Assembly: GCA_944384545.1 (NCBI GenBank) | Contig: CALWTT010000016.1 | Coordinates: forward strand, 1-51,316 | Direction: 5' to 3' | DNA from: an uncultured Clostridia bacterium | Lineage (GTDB): Bacteria; Bacillota; Clostridia; Oscillospirales; CAG-272 | DNA: 51,316 nucleotides | Shown here: piece by piece, positions 6,843-15,526 of the stretch | Position numbering within the stretch: the stretch's first letter is position 1 | Layout of the letters: every line of letters begins with the position of its first letter | The notes under the pieces: generated by a model | Seen by the model: the letters and a program-made list of their open reading frames with translations, nothing else | Databases searched by the model: none | What the model was told of the DNA's origin: nothing | Made by a program: the position numbers and the translations under genes

Positions 6843-8933
6843 TCAACCGGCGGCATTGCCGCCTGCCTCGCTGATGACCTTGGCCGTCAGAGAAGACGGC
6901 AATTCTTCATAGCGCGTAAACGTATAGTCAAACCTGGCGCGTCCCTGTGTCATGGCGCGAAGCGCCGTCACATAATCTCCCATCTCTGCCTGTGGCACCT
7001 CCGCCACAATCGTCTGATACCCCGGCTTCCCCTCCGTCGCTTCAATGCCGCTCACACGGCCCCGCCGACGGTTCAGGTCACCCAGCACATCCCCTACATA
7101 TCCGTCTGGTAATACCACCCGCAATTCTCCGATCGGTTCCAGAATCACGGGATCCGCCTTCGGAAGTCCTTCCCGATAGGCAAGACGTGCCGCCAGCTTG
7201 AAGGAAATTTCATTGGAGTCCACCTCATGGTAAGAGCCGTCGTACAGTTCCGCCGCCAGACGTACCATAGGATATCCCGCCAGTACACCACCTTCCGCCA
7301 TGGCATCCAGCAGACCCTTTTCCACCGCCGGGAAGAAATTCTTCGGTACCGCTCCGCCGAACACACTCTCGGTAAAGGTCAGCCCTTCCTCCTGCCCGGG
7401 CGAAAAACGGATCTTCACATGACCGTACTGTCCGGAACCGCCGGATTGCTTTTTGTGCTTTCCTTCGGCTTCCACACGCCGCCGGATGGTTTCCCGGTAG
7501 GCAATCCGCGGCGCCGTCAGCTCCACTCCGGTCCCGAAACGGTTTTTGAGTTTGCTGACCACAATCTCCAGATGCGTGTCTCCCAATCCGTACAGCAGCA
7601 GCTGCTTCGTCTGCGGATTGTTCTCAAACCGGATCGTCGGATCCTCCTCCAGTAGCCGTGCCATACCCTGCGATATCTTATCCTCATCGCCTTTCGACAG
7701 CGGACGGACTGCACGGCATGCATACGGCTTCGGATACTGTACCGGCAGATAACGGAAGCCTTCTGCGCGTGTTGTCAGCGTGTCTCCTGTGGCCACATTG
7801 CCCAGCTTTGCCGTTACCGCAATATCCCCACAGACCAACTCCTCTGCCGCAATCTGCTTCTTGCCACGCATATAATACAGATGGCCGAGTTTCTCGCTCT
7901 CCCCCGTGCGTACATTTTTCAGCGTGTCATTCTCGTGTAGCGTGCCTTCCATTACCTTGAAATAGGACATCTTCCCGACAAACGGATCCGCCACTGTGCG
8001 AAACACAAAAAGCGATACCTCCGGACCTTCCATTTGAATCGGCACGGTGCCGGTTTCTCCCGTCGGCAACAGAATCTTTTCGGTCTTGCGCGCCGTCGGG
8101 CGTGGGAAAGAACCCGCTATGGTATCCATAAAGGTCTTGATCCCCCACATCTTTGTGGCTGCACCGCAGAATACCGGGACAATATCCCCGTGGATGATGC
8201 CCGTATGGATCGCCTCAAACGCCTCCGCCTGAGAAATCTCTTCGCCCGCAAAAAATTTCTCCATCAGATCCTCGCTCGTCTGCGCGATCGATTCCAGCAG
8301 CATCGTGTGATATTCCTCACACACCTCCGCAAAGGCTGCCGGAATCTCGCTCCGCACATACGATCCGCTCGCCGAATCAAATGTATACACCACACGTTCA
8401 ATCAGATTCACAAACCCGATGACCTTATCGCCGTCGATCAGCGGGATCTGGACCGGACATACCGTCACGCCGAACCGCTCCCGCAATGCGCCGAAGGCGC
8501 GGTGAAAGCGACATTCGCCATCATCAAAACGGTTGATGAAAAAGGATTTGGGAATCCCCGCCTCGGTCGCGATCTCCCACGCCTGCTCGGTGCCCACACT
8601 CACGCCGGCCTTCCCGTCCACCACGATCACGGCCGCGTCCGCTACCCGTGCACACTGCCGCACTTCCCCTTCAAAATCAAAATATCCCGGTGTATCCAAT
8701 ATATGAATCCGCGTTCCCTCCCATGTCAGCGTTGCCAGCGCCGCCGATACCGAGGACCCCCGCCGTATCTCTTCACTGTCATAGTCGCATACGGTGTTCC
8801 CTTCGCTGATGCGACCGAGGCGGTCGGTCTCATGGGCTATATACAGCATCGCCTCCGCAAGCGAAGTCTTCCCCGCACCGCTGTGCCCCATCAGGCAGAC
8901 ATTCCGAATGTTCTTGGTCGAAATTTTTTCCAT
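6843..8933 (-). CDS. Elongation factor G paralog (EF-G-like translational GTPase) with atypical G motifs
   Basis: 696 aa with AAGGAG 8 nt upstream of the ATG. Has a P-loop (GHSGAGKTS), DTPG, and EF-G domain II-V-like sequence through to the C-terminus. It reads DTPGY rather than DTPGH, and NRFD rather than NKxD. Confidence 0.9.
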   Translation of the reverse strand: MEKISTKNIRNVCLMGHSGAGKTSLAEAMLYIAHETDRLGRISEGNTVCDYDSEEIRRGSSVSAALATLTWEGTRIHILDTPGYFDFEGEVRQCARVADAAVIVVDGKAGVSVGTEQAWEIATEAGIPKSFFINRFDDGECRFHRAFGALRERFGVTVCPVQIPLIDGDKVIGFVNLIERVVYTFDSASGSYVRSEIPAAFAEVCEEYHTMLLESIAQTSEDLMEKFFAGEEISQAEAFEAIHTGIIHGDIVPVFCGAATKMWGIKTFMDTIAGSFPRPTARKTEKILLPTGETGTVPIQMEGPEVSLFVFRTVADPFVGKMSYFKVMEGTLHENDTLKNVRTGESEKLGHLYYMRGKKQIAAEELVCGDIAVTAKLGNVATGDTLTTRAEGFRYLPVQYPKPYACRAVRPLSKGDEDKISQGMARLLEEDPTIRFENNPQTKQLLLYGLGDTHLEIVVSKLKNRFGTGVELTAPRIAYRETIRRRVEAEGKHKKQSGGSGQYGHVKIRFSPGQEEGLTFTESVFGGAVPKNFFPAVEKGLLDAMAEGGVLAGYPMVRLAAELYDGSYHEVDSNEISFKLAARLAYREGLPKADPVILEPIGELRVVLPDGYVGDVLGDLNRRRGRVSGIEATEGKPGYQTIVAEVPQAEMGDYVTALRAMTQGRARFDYTFTRYEELPSSLTAKVISEAGGNAAG

Positions 8934-9008
8934 GGCAGGATCTCCTTTGCTATATATTTGGATAAACGTTCCTTTATCTTATGCCCCGCATAAGACACCT
9001 ATGCGTCT

Positions 9009-9037
9009 ATTATACCGCCCCCTATGCCAAATTGCAA
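9009..9037 (-). promoter_or_regulatory. Sigma-A-type promoter for the EF-G paralog
   Basis: On the minus strand: TTGCAA (9037..9032), 17-nt spacer, TATAAT (9014..9009). It lies about 75 nt upstream of ATG 8933. Confidence 0.6.
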
Positions 9038-9154
9038 GAGCAGCCATCATCTTTTTGCACACGCCATGTAAAATTTGCACAAGTTTTTTTGTGAAAAATG
9101 CATATATCCAGCTGGGGAAAAACTGCAATTTCCGCTTTTCACATTGCCGTCTTA

Positions 9155-9222
9155 AAAGCAAAAAGCGGGCTCCGTGTGTTGTAAAATGTTGCTCCTTCCG
9201 ACTCAGAACACACGGGCTCCGC
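9155..9222 (-). terminator. Putative radA terminator
   Basis: Arms 9165..9180 and 9207..9222 pair as 9 bp plus 4 bp around a 3-nt internal mismatch. On the minus strand they are followed by TTTTTGCTTTT. Confidence 0.5.
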
Positions 9223-9260
9223 CTTTCTTTTTATCTGCTGTATATCCTACTTCTTCTGCA

Positions 9261-10670
9261 TCAATCCGGCGTGGGGACATCACTCCCTGCCGGGCTCTCC
9301 TCACGGATCGCCGACAGACGACGCAGCACATCCACAAGATTGCGTACTCCCGTCAGTCGCACGCCCTCCGGCACCCCCGAGGAGCGCCCCATGCTCCGTG
9401 CGGGAAGAAGAATCTCGGTAAAGCCCAGCCGCCCCGCTTCCCGGATACGGTGATCGATATGGGAGACCGGGCGGACCTCCCCGCCAAGGCCCAGCTCGCC
9501 GAACGCGATCAGGCGCGGCGGAATCACACGGTCGGTCAGTCCCGATATCAGTGCCAGCGCTACCGCCAGGTCCGCCGCCGGCTCGTCCACACGCAGGCCG
9601 CCCGCAATATTCAGATATACATCGGTTTCTCCAAAGCGAAGATTCAGTCGTTTTTCCAAAACCGCCAGCAAAAGGCACATCCGGTTGTAATCAAAACCGT
9701 CACAGGTCCGACGCGGCGCCGGAAAAGCGGTGCGGGTCACGAGTGCCTGGACCTCCGCAATCAGGGGGCGCGTTCCTTCCATCACGCAGGCAGCACAGTT
9801 GCCGCTGCTGTCGGTCGGACGCCCCTCCATCATCATCTCCGACGGATTCTCCACCTCCGACAAGCCCCGATCGGTCATCTCAAATACTCCGATTTCATTG
9901 GTGGATCCGTAACGGTTCTTGATCGCCCGGATCAGGCGGTATGCCTGCCGACGATCTCCTTCAAAATACAGAACCGCATCCACCATATGTTCCAGCACCT
10001 TGGGGCCCGAAATCCCACCTTCCTTGTTCACATGCCCTACAAGGATGACTGCCGACCCGGTTCTCTTAGCCAGACCGATAAATGCCATCGCGCTCTCCCG
10101 CACCTGCGTCACGCTCCCGGGCGCCGAGCTCAGCCGGTCACTGTATACCGTCTGGATCGAATCCACGACAATCACATCCGGGTGTAGCCGCTCGCATTCC
10201 CCTATGATTCCGTCCAGGCCGGTTTCGGTCAGCAGATACAGATTCCCGCCCTGCACACCCAGACGCTCCGCACGCAGCTTCAGTTGCCCGCGCGACTCCT
10301 CTCCCGACACATACAGCACACGCGCATTTCCGGAAAGACGGTGCGATATCTGCATCAGCAGCGTGGATTTCCCGATCCCGGGTTCCCCGGACAGCAAAAT
10401 AACCGACCCCTGCACCAGTCCTCCGCCCAATACACGGTCCAGTTCCTTCATTCCCGTCCCGCTCCGCATGTATGCCGGAAGCTCCAGCTCGTCAAACGGC
10501 ACCGCACTCACCGTCGGAGCGGTTCCATGCGGCTTCTCACCCGGCCCAGCCACACGCGGAATCTGCTCTTCCATCGTATTCCATGCTCCGCAGGAGGGAC
10601 AACGCCCCAGCCATTTCGGACTGCTGTATTCACATTCGGTACAGACAAATATGCTTTTCGGCGCTTTCAT
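9261..10670 (-). CDS. radA: DNA repair protein RadA/Sms
   Basis: 469 aa counted from MKAPKSIFVCTECEYSSPKWLGRCPSCGAWN (C4 zinc finger). Has Walker A GEPGIGKST, a KNRYGSTNEIGVFEM motif and a Lon-like C-terminal domain. Confidence 0.95.
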   Translation of the reverse strand: MKAPKSIFVCTECEYSSPKWLGRCPSCGAWNTMEEQIPRVAGPGEKPHGTAPTVSAVPFDELELPAYMRSGTGMKELDRVLGGGLVQGSVILLSGEPGIGKSTLLMQISHRLSGNARVLYVSGEESRGQLKLRAERLGVQGGNLYLLTETGLDGIIGECERLHPDVIVVDSIQTVYSDRLSSAPGSVTQVRESAMAFIGLAKRTGSAVILVGHVNKEGGISGPKVLEHMVDAVLYFEGDRRQAYRLIRAIKNRYGSTNEIGVFEMTDRGLSEVENPSEMMMEGRPTDSSGNCAACVMEGTRPLIAEVQALVTRTAFPAPRRTCDGFDYNRMCLLLAVLEKRLNLRFGETDVYLNIAGGLRVDEPAADLAVALALISGLTDRVIPPRLIAFGELGLGGEVRPVSHIDHRIREAGRLGFTEILLPARSMGRSSGVPEGVRLTGVRNLVDVLRRLSAIREESPAGSDVPTPD

Positions 10671-11413
10671 GTTGCACTTCCTTTTTCGGTACTGATATAT
10701 TCCATAATAGCACAAAACATGGCAAAACACAACTTTCTTTGATATTCCGTATCACATAGTGCTGCGCATTCCTCCGGATTGGAAAGAAATCCGCATTCTA
10801 CCAGCACCGCCGGAAAATCCGCACGTTCCAGCAGATAGATGCTGCTGTTCCCGGGTTTGGTAACACGTCGGTTTCCGCTTTGCAGATCCGATGTGATGCT
10901 GCTCCGGATCTGGCGCGCCAATGCGCGGCTGCGCGGGTCGCTGACGCTGTAATACACCTGCACCCCCTTTTGACGTGCATCACTGAATTTGTTCATATGT
11001 ATGCTGATCAGCACGACATTTTCGGTCTGCCGGGCAATTTCCAGCCGATTGCGCAGATCGTAGATCTTACGCATTCCGTATATATTCTGCTCTTCCGTAT
11101 ACAGAAGACGGTCCTCGGTGCGCGTATAGGCCACCTTCACACCGGCCGCCGTCAGCATGGTGCCAAGCTGCCCCACAAGTGCCAGATTGATCGTCTTCTC
11201 CGCCACTCCGTTCACACCTACCGCACCCCCGTCCTCTCCTCCGTGCCCTGCATCCAACAGAATCACCGGTTCCGACGCATCGTTTTCCGTCGCAACACCC
11301 GCTGCACTCCTCTGCATATCCCCGTTCCTGTATAGAGACACCGCCATAAACAGGCAGGTAAGCGCCAGTAATACCGCCGTTCCCCGTATGCCGCAGCTCC
11401 ACCCCTTTTTCAT
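10667..11413 (-). CDS. cwlD: N-acetylmuramoyl-L-alanine amidase, CwlD-like (spore cortex muramic-lactam pathway)
   Basis: 248 aa with an N-terminal TM segment. Amidase_3 pattern: LLDAGHGGEDGGAVG, EKTINL, LISIHMN, VLVECGFLSNPEE. Its stop overlaps the radA ATG as ATGA at 10667..10670. Confidence 0.8.
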   Translation of the reverse strand: MKKGWSCGIRGTAVLLALTCLFMAVSLYRNGDMQRSAAGVATENDASEPVILLDAGHGGEDGGAVGVNGVAEKTINLALVGQLGTMLTAAGVKVAYTRTEDRLLYTEEQNIYGMRKIYDLRNRLEIARQTENVVLISIHMNKFSDARQKGVQVYYSVSDPRSRALARQIRSSITSDLQSGNRRVTKPGNSSIYLLERADFPAVLVECGFLSNPEECAALCDTEYQRKLCFAMFCAIMEYISTEKGSAT

Positions 11414-11420
11414 AAAAATT

Positions 11421-11452
11421 GCCCTCCGCTTTTTTACCAGTATACGGAGGGC
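11421..11452 (-). promoter_or_regulatory. Hairpin that sequesters the cwlD Shine-Dalgarno sequence
   Basis: Minus-strand RNA reads GCCCTCCG-(16 nt)-CGGAGGGC-AATTTTT-AUG. This is an 8-bp GC-rich stem whose 3' arm contains the GGAGGG of the cwlD ribosome-binding site. Confidence 0.5.
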
Positions 11453-11515
11453 TCTCCGGCATTATGCCGGCTTTATTTTTGCTTTGTTTCTTACTTCGCT
11501 TCCTGCACTTCGGTT

Positions 11516-12097
11516 TTATTTCCCGTTCTTTTTGTTCTTCCCGCTCAGGAAGCCGAACAGGCGGCGTTCCCGCCATCCCATCTCGTAGCCAAAACAGGAG
11601 GCTGCAATGGAGGGCAACGGCGTCAGCAGATACGCTACAAGATACATCCCGGACAGTGCACTCCCACTCGGCGGAATCAGCGTGTTCACAATTCCGGTAT
11701 ACATCGCCTGAAACACCACACCCGCTCCGTGCGCAATGATAAACATTCCCTGCGCCCATGCCTGCTCCGACAGCGCCACGCCGAACAGGTATCCCAGAAG
11801 CAGGAAAAACAGAATGATAAAATTCGGTATGTTCGCCATCAGGGACATTTTCAGACCCGAAAGACGGTCCGCACGGATGTATCCGCCATTCACGCGGATA
11901 TGATCCTTCGCGCCGCAATCCCAGGTCATCATATACAGCAATGCTACGTACATCAATGTCGCATAGATGCTCACCGTCAGCTGCAGCATCCCGCTCTTCG
12001 ACGCTGCCATCGTCACAATCAGCCCGAAAATCATCATCCCGAACTGGTACAGCATCATCTTTACTATGTTATACGAATTTTCTTTGAAAAAAGTCAT
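11516..12097 (-). CDS. Hypothetical integral membrane protein
   Basis: 193 aa with about 5 hydrophobic segments and a lysine-rich C-terminus (GKNKKNGK). GGAGAGGG lies upstream of the ATG. No family recognised. Confidence 0.55.
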   Translation of the reverse strand: MTFFKENSYNIVKMMLYQFGMMIFGLIVTMAASKSGMLQLTVSIYATLMYVALLYMMTWDCGAKDHIRVNGGYIRADRLSGLKMSLMANIPNFIILFFLLLGYLFGVALSEQAWAQGMFIIAHGAGVVFQAMYTGIVNTLIPPSGSALSGMYLVAYLLTPLPSIAASCFGYEMGWRERRLFGFLSGKNKKNGK

Positions 12098-12291
12098 TGC
12101 CCTCTCCGGATTCAGCAGCCGCTTCTTTTTCCGCGCGGCACCTGTACTTTCTATATGTATTCTCTTCTCATTTTACACACACACCGCACCGAATGCAAGA
12201 CACCCCGGCCATTGTTTACAGTTTATCCACTAAAATTTCAGAGGATTTTGTATAATGAAAAACAGACGATTCCAGAAAAAAGGAGATTCCC

Positions 12292-13389
12292 ATGCCTGCC
12301 TTTTCTCTTCGCAGCGAAGATCTCAAAGCGTTTCCGGTTCCGGTCCGCGATTTTGCTACCTATAAGTCTGTCATTCTGGGAAATTCACCCAAAACCGTAT
12401 GCGAATACCTGCTGGATCTGCGCACCTTTTTCCGCTATACAGAGGCCACACGGCTGGGGATCGACCCGGACTCGGAGGCATTTGAAAAGATCGATATCAG
12501 CCACATCGACATCGAGTATATCGGAAAAATCACTACCGGCGACATATATGATTTCCTGCTCTATACCTCAAACAACAGACGCAACGGCTGGTCCGCCCGT
12601 TCACGCAAGCTCTCGGCACTCAAAGGATTTTATCGCTATCTGTGCGCCAAAAAGCACCTGCTGGAAAACAATCCGACCGCCAATATCGATGCGCCCAAAA
12701 AGCACACCACTCTGCCCAAATTCCTGACGCTGGAAGAGAGCAAGCGCCTGCTTCGTGCCATCCGCGAGGACACCGAATCCGAACATACCGACCGCGACTA
12801 TGCCATCGTCACGCTTTTTCTCAATTGCGGTATGCGGCTTTCGGAACTGTGCGGGATCGATCTGACCGATATCGATCCGGAGCTGCGTTCTCTGCGCGTC
12901 ACCGGAAAAGGAAGCAAGATGCGTCTGATTTATCTGAACGACGCCTGCCGCCGTGCGCTGCTCGCCTATATCCGCGTCCGTGCCCAGAACCATGTCCCGG
13001 GGGCCACAAAAACCAATGCGCTGTTTCTCAGCGAGCGAAAACAGCGGATCAGCCAGAAAACCGTGCAGTGGATGGTATACAAATATCTGCGGATGGCGGG
13101 GCTAGAAAACCGCGGGCTTTCGGTGCACAAGCTGCGCCACACCGCTGCCACACTGATGTACCAGAGCGGTGAGGTGGATGTACGGGTCCTGAAGGATATC
13201 CTCGGGCATGAGCAGCTCAACACCACGCAGATTTATACGCATGTCAGCTCCGAGAGCATGGAGAGCGCCATGTCCAAAAATCCGCTTGCGTCGCTGCACG
13301 ACGAGCCGACAAGAAAAAAAGCAGGACGCGGCCGTGCCGGGCAGGAGGCGGAGAGTATAGACAATGCAGAAGATGGAGAGGAAGCCTGA
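12292..13389 (+). CDS. Tyrosine recombinase, XerC/XerD-like
   Basis: 365 aa with AAGGAG 6 nt upstream. Has an N-terminal SAM-like core-binding pattern (SPKTVCEYLLDLRTFFRY). Catalytic residues are present: GMRLSEL (R), HKLRHT (HxxR), LGHEQ (H), QIYTHV (Y). The C-terminal tail is acidic. Confidence 0.9.
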   Translation: MPAFSLRSEDLKAFPVPVRDFATYKSVILGNSPKTVCEYLLDLRTFFRYTEATRLGIDPDSEAFEKIDISHIDIEYIGKITTGDIYDFLLYTSNNRRNGWSARSRKLSALKGFYRYLCAKKHLLENNPTANIDAPKKHTTLPKFLTLEESKRLLRAIREDTESEHTDRDYAIVTLFLNCGMRLSELCGIDLTDIDPELRSLRVTGKGSKMRLIYLNDACRRALLAYIRVRAQNHVPGATKTNALFLSERKQRISQKTVQWMVYKYLRMAGLENRGLSVHKLRHTAATLMYQSGEVDVRVLKDILGHEQLNTTQIYTHVSSESMESAMSKNPLASLHDEPTRKKAGRGRAGQEAESIDNAEDGEEA

Positions 13390-13419
13390 TCCGAACGGTA
13401 TCCATATCGGAAAAGGGCA

Positions 13420-13454
13420 AAAAGCGGAGAGACCGCCGGTCTCTCCGCTTTTTG
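13420..13454. terminator. Bidirectional intrinsic terminator between recombinase and HTH-TPR regulator
   Basis: AAAAAGCGGAGAGACCG/CGGTCTCTCCGCTTTTT forms a stem of about 12 bp, flanked by an A-run and a T-run. Confidence 0.8.
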
Positions 13455-13513
13455 CCACATGCAGTGATCTGCCACAGCCTTTCCGCCTTTTCTGCCTGTT
13501 CAAAACACACGGG

Positions 13514-14371
13514 TCAGGATCGGAAGGCAGAAAGCAGACGCATCCTTTTGCTCGAATACCGATAGGCAGCCTCGTAGTCCCCTCCCTCACGGTAACAGCT
13601 TTCCATATCCGAATAGGTGCGGAACAGCAGAAAGGCACTCACGGGATCCGCTCCCTTCTGTTCCTCTATCCGGTTGAGCAGATGCAGCGCCTCCTCGTAC
13701 CGTCCTTCCTTCATGTGCAGGCGCGCACGCACATGCATCGCATAAAACGGATTCTCGTATGGATAGCTTTCGTTCTCTTTCAGGTAAAAATACACATCCA
13801 GGCAGCCTGCCTTGCGCAGACTGTCAATATATCCCATTTCATTGAATTCAAGCAGCGGAGCCTGCACATTCACGCCGATCGCCGTCAGCAATCCGCATCC
13901 TGCACGGATACCGTCGGTCGGATATACCGTCTCCTCCGCGTATGCCAGTGCGCTCTGTAAGTATCCCACCGCGCTCTCCATTGCGCCGTTGTGCCAGGCC
14001 TTCTGCCCGCAAAAATAGGCACAACAGGCCATCATCAGACCAAGTTCATCGTCACAGGAGCCCAGCTCCTTTTCAAATACACGAAGGCACTCCGCATACG
14101 ACCCCGCACGGTACAGTGCACGCAACCGGGGAAAACAATTCTGCTTGCGATAAAAAAATTCCTCGTCCTCCTCACAGAAAAAATAACCCGGCGGCACCGA
14201 AAGACGCTTCGACAGCCACAGCAGCGTATCCAGCGCCGGCGTCGCCTTCCCTTTTTCTATCAACGAGAGCATGTTGCGTGTGATCTTTGCTTCCTCAGCA
14301 CCGTTGCATACATCGGCCTGCGTCCATCCAAGTTCCTGTCGCCTTTGCCGTATCCGTTCTCCCAATTCCAT
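13514..14371 (-). CDS. XRE-family HTH regulator with C-terminal TPR-like domain (RNPP-like architecture)
   Basis: 285 aa. The N-terminus has an HTH_3 pattern (LGERIRQRRQELGWTQADV...ISLIEKGKATP). The remainder is helical-repeat-like (YRAGSYAECLRVFEKEL, AVGYLQSALAYAEE, KEGRYEEALHLLNRIEE, REGGDYEAAYRY). Confidence 0.8.
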   Translation of the reverse strand: MELGERIRQRRQELGWTQADVCNGAEEAKITRNMLSLIEKGKATPALDTLLWLSKRLSVPPGYFFCEEDEEFFYRKQNCFPRLRALYRAGSYAECLRVFEKELGSCDDELGLMMACCAYFCGQKAWHNGAMESAVGYLQSALAYAEETVYPTDGIRAGCGLLTAIGVNVQAPLLEFNEMGYIDSLRKAGCLDVYFYLKENESYPYENPFYAMHVRARLHMKEGRYEEALHLLNRIEEQKGADPVSAFLLFRTYSDMESCYREGGDYEAAYRYSSKRMRLLSAFRS

Positions 14372-14530
14372 GCGTTTCGTTCCCTTCCGCTCTTTTTACT
14401 TCCTCAATTTCTTGCCGTCCTCGGTTCTGCCGTTTCCTTCCGTACGATCTTCCGCCAGGCTTTCCATGGTTATGATACCACCCAACGAAGAAAATTACAA
14501 GAGAAAATGTAAATTATACTGACAATCGAA

Positions 14531-15283
14531 TCAAGGAGCTTCCGCCCCAAAGTCGTATATATCATCGATCTCCTGCTCTGTAATGTCATCGGTCATCCGG
14601 TGAATTTCCGTATAGGCGTCCGGCACCTCCCCCACTATCACTGTCTCTGCCACACAATAACTTTGTGTGACTTCCATTTCGATCGGGTGTGACGGCGTCA
14701 TCACCGTCAGAGATACCGTCACCGTAAACAGCACGCGGTGCAAGGTCTGATTGATTCCCACCGTGCGGAATTCACTTGCCATATAAGCATGTGCTCCCTG
14801 CGCCAGCAACACCCGCACCTCCAAAGCCGGACCGCGGCCGGAAAACAACTCTCCGCCCAACAGGTTACCGAGCGGCAGTGAGACTGTCAGGGCATCCTGC
14901 GATGCAAGGCCGCGCAGGATGCAGAGAAACAGTTCGTTCCGCGCCGCATTCAGTCCGGGCATATCACATTTCAGCGAAGACACGACACCGTCCTGACGGT
15001 ACTGCACGGTCACAAGCGCATCGTACGCACCCGAACCCGCTGCCATTTTTTCCGAAAAGGCCTCCGCCATCTGCAGCTGCACACGATTCCGTGCGGCCGC
15101 CGAGGCCAGTGCGGCAATTCCGGGATACAGCTGAAAGTTGAAAATGCAAAGCAGGGCCACCAGTACGGCCACCGAAAACAGCAGGATCCGTCCACCCGAA
15201 AAACGCCGACGACTCCCACTCCGCCCACGCTTCCATCCCCCTATCTGCCGCCATCCTCCGCACAGGTAATATCGTCTTCCCAT
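14531..15283 (-). CDS. yunB: Sporulation protein YunB
   Basis: 250 aa with AGGAGGG upstream and an N-terminal TM segment. Shows the Spore_YunB-like pattern LPLGNLLGGELFSGRGPALEVRV...EFRTVGINQTLHRV...VAETVIVGEVPDAY. Confidence 0.75.
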   Translation of the reverse strand: MGRRYYLCGGWRQIGGWKRGRSGSRRRFSGGRILLFSVAVLVALLCIFNFQLYPGIAALASAAARNRVQLQMAEAFSEKMAAGSGAYDALVTVQYRQDGVVSSLKCDMPGLNAARNELFLCILRGLASQDALTVSLPLGNLLGGELFSGRGPALEVRVLLAQGAHAYMASEFRTVGINQTLHRVLFTVTVSLTVMTPSHPIEMEVTQSYCVAETVIVGEVPDAYTEIHRMTDDITEQEIDDIYDFGAEAP

Positions 15284-15399
15284 CGTTTTTCCCTCCTATT
15301 CCGAGTCTATGCACTTTTCCATTGCACGTGACGCTTTTGCTCTTTTTTCCCTTTCCCGCTTCCTTTTCGATAAAATTTTTGCAAATCTTGATCTTCCTC

Positions 15400-15428
15400 T
15401 TGCTTTTTGGCGAATTTGGTGGTATAGT
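15400..15428 (+). promoter_or_regulatory. Promoter-like site for the decarboxylase operon
   Basis: TTGCTT (15400..15405), 17-nt spacer, TATAGT (15423..15428), preceded by TGG (extended -10). It lies about 100 nt upstream of the proposed TTG start. Confidence 0.55.
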
Positions 15429-15526
15429 ATAGTTGGTGAAAATTGGTTTTCTTTCGGAAACAGACCGGGGATTGCCTTTTTTTGCTTGTTGTTTTTTCAT
15501 TATATATTTTATTTGGAAGGAGAGAT

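Noticed and set aside
12223-12230. DnaA-box-like TTATCCAC(T) in the divergent spacer upstream of the recombinase.
   Set aside because: It is a single box with no cluster and no AT-rich unwinding element. One such 8-mer is expected by chance in about 100 kb of two-strand sequence.
12292-13389. Tyrosine recombinase considered as a prophage or ICE integrase marking a mobile element.
   Set aside because: There are no phage, conjugation or excisionase genes, no adjacent tRNA and no flanking direct repeats that I could find. The N-terminal domain and motifs look Xer-like, and the neighbours are chromosomal genes.
14396-14522. Mini-ORFs in the regulator-yunB spacer, considered as candidate RNPP signalling pro-peptides. 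They are MESLAEDRTEGNGRTEDGKKLRK at 14467..14396(-) and MVMIPPNEENYKRKCKLY at 14466..14522(+).
   Set aside because: Both are hydrophilic with no signal sequence and no SD. They do not resemble exported Phr, Shp or PapR-type precursors.
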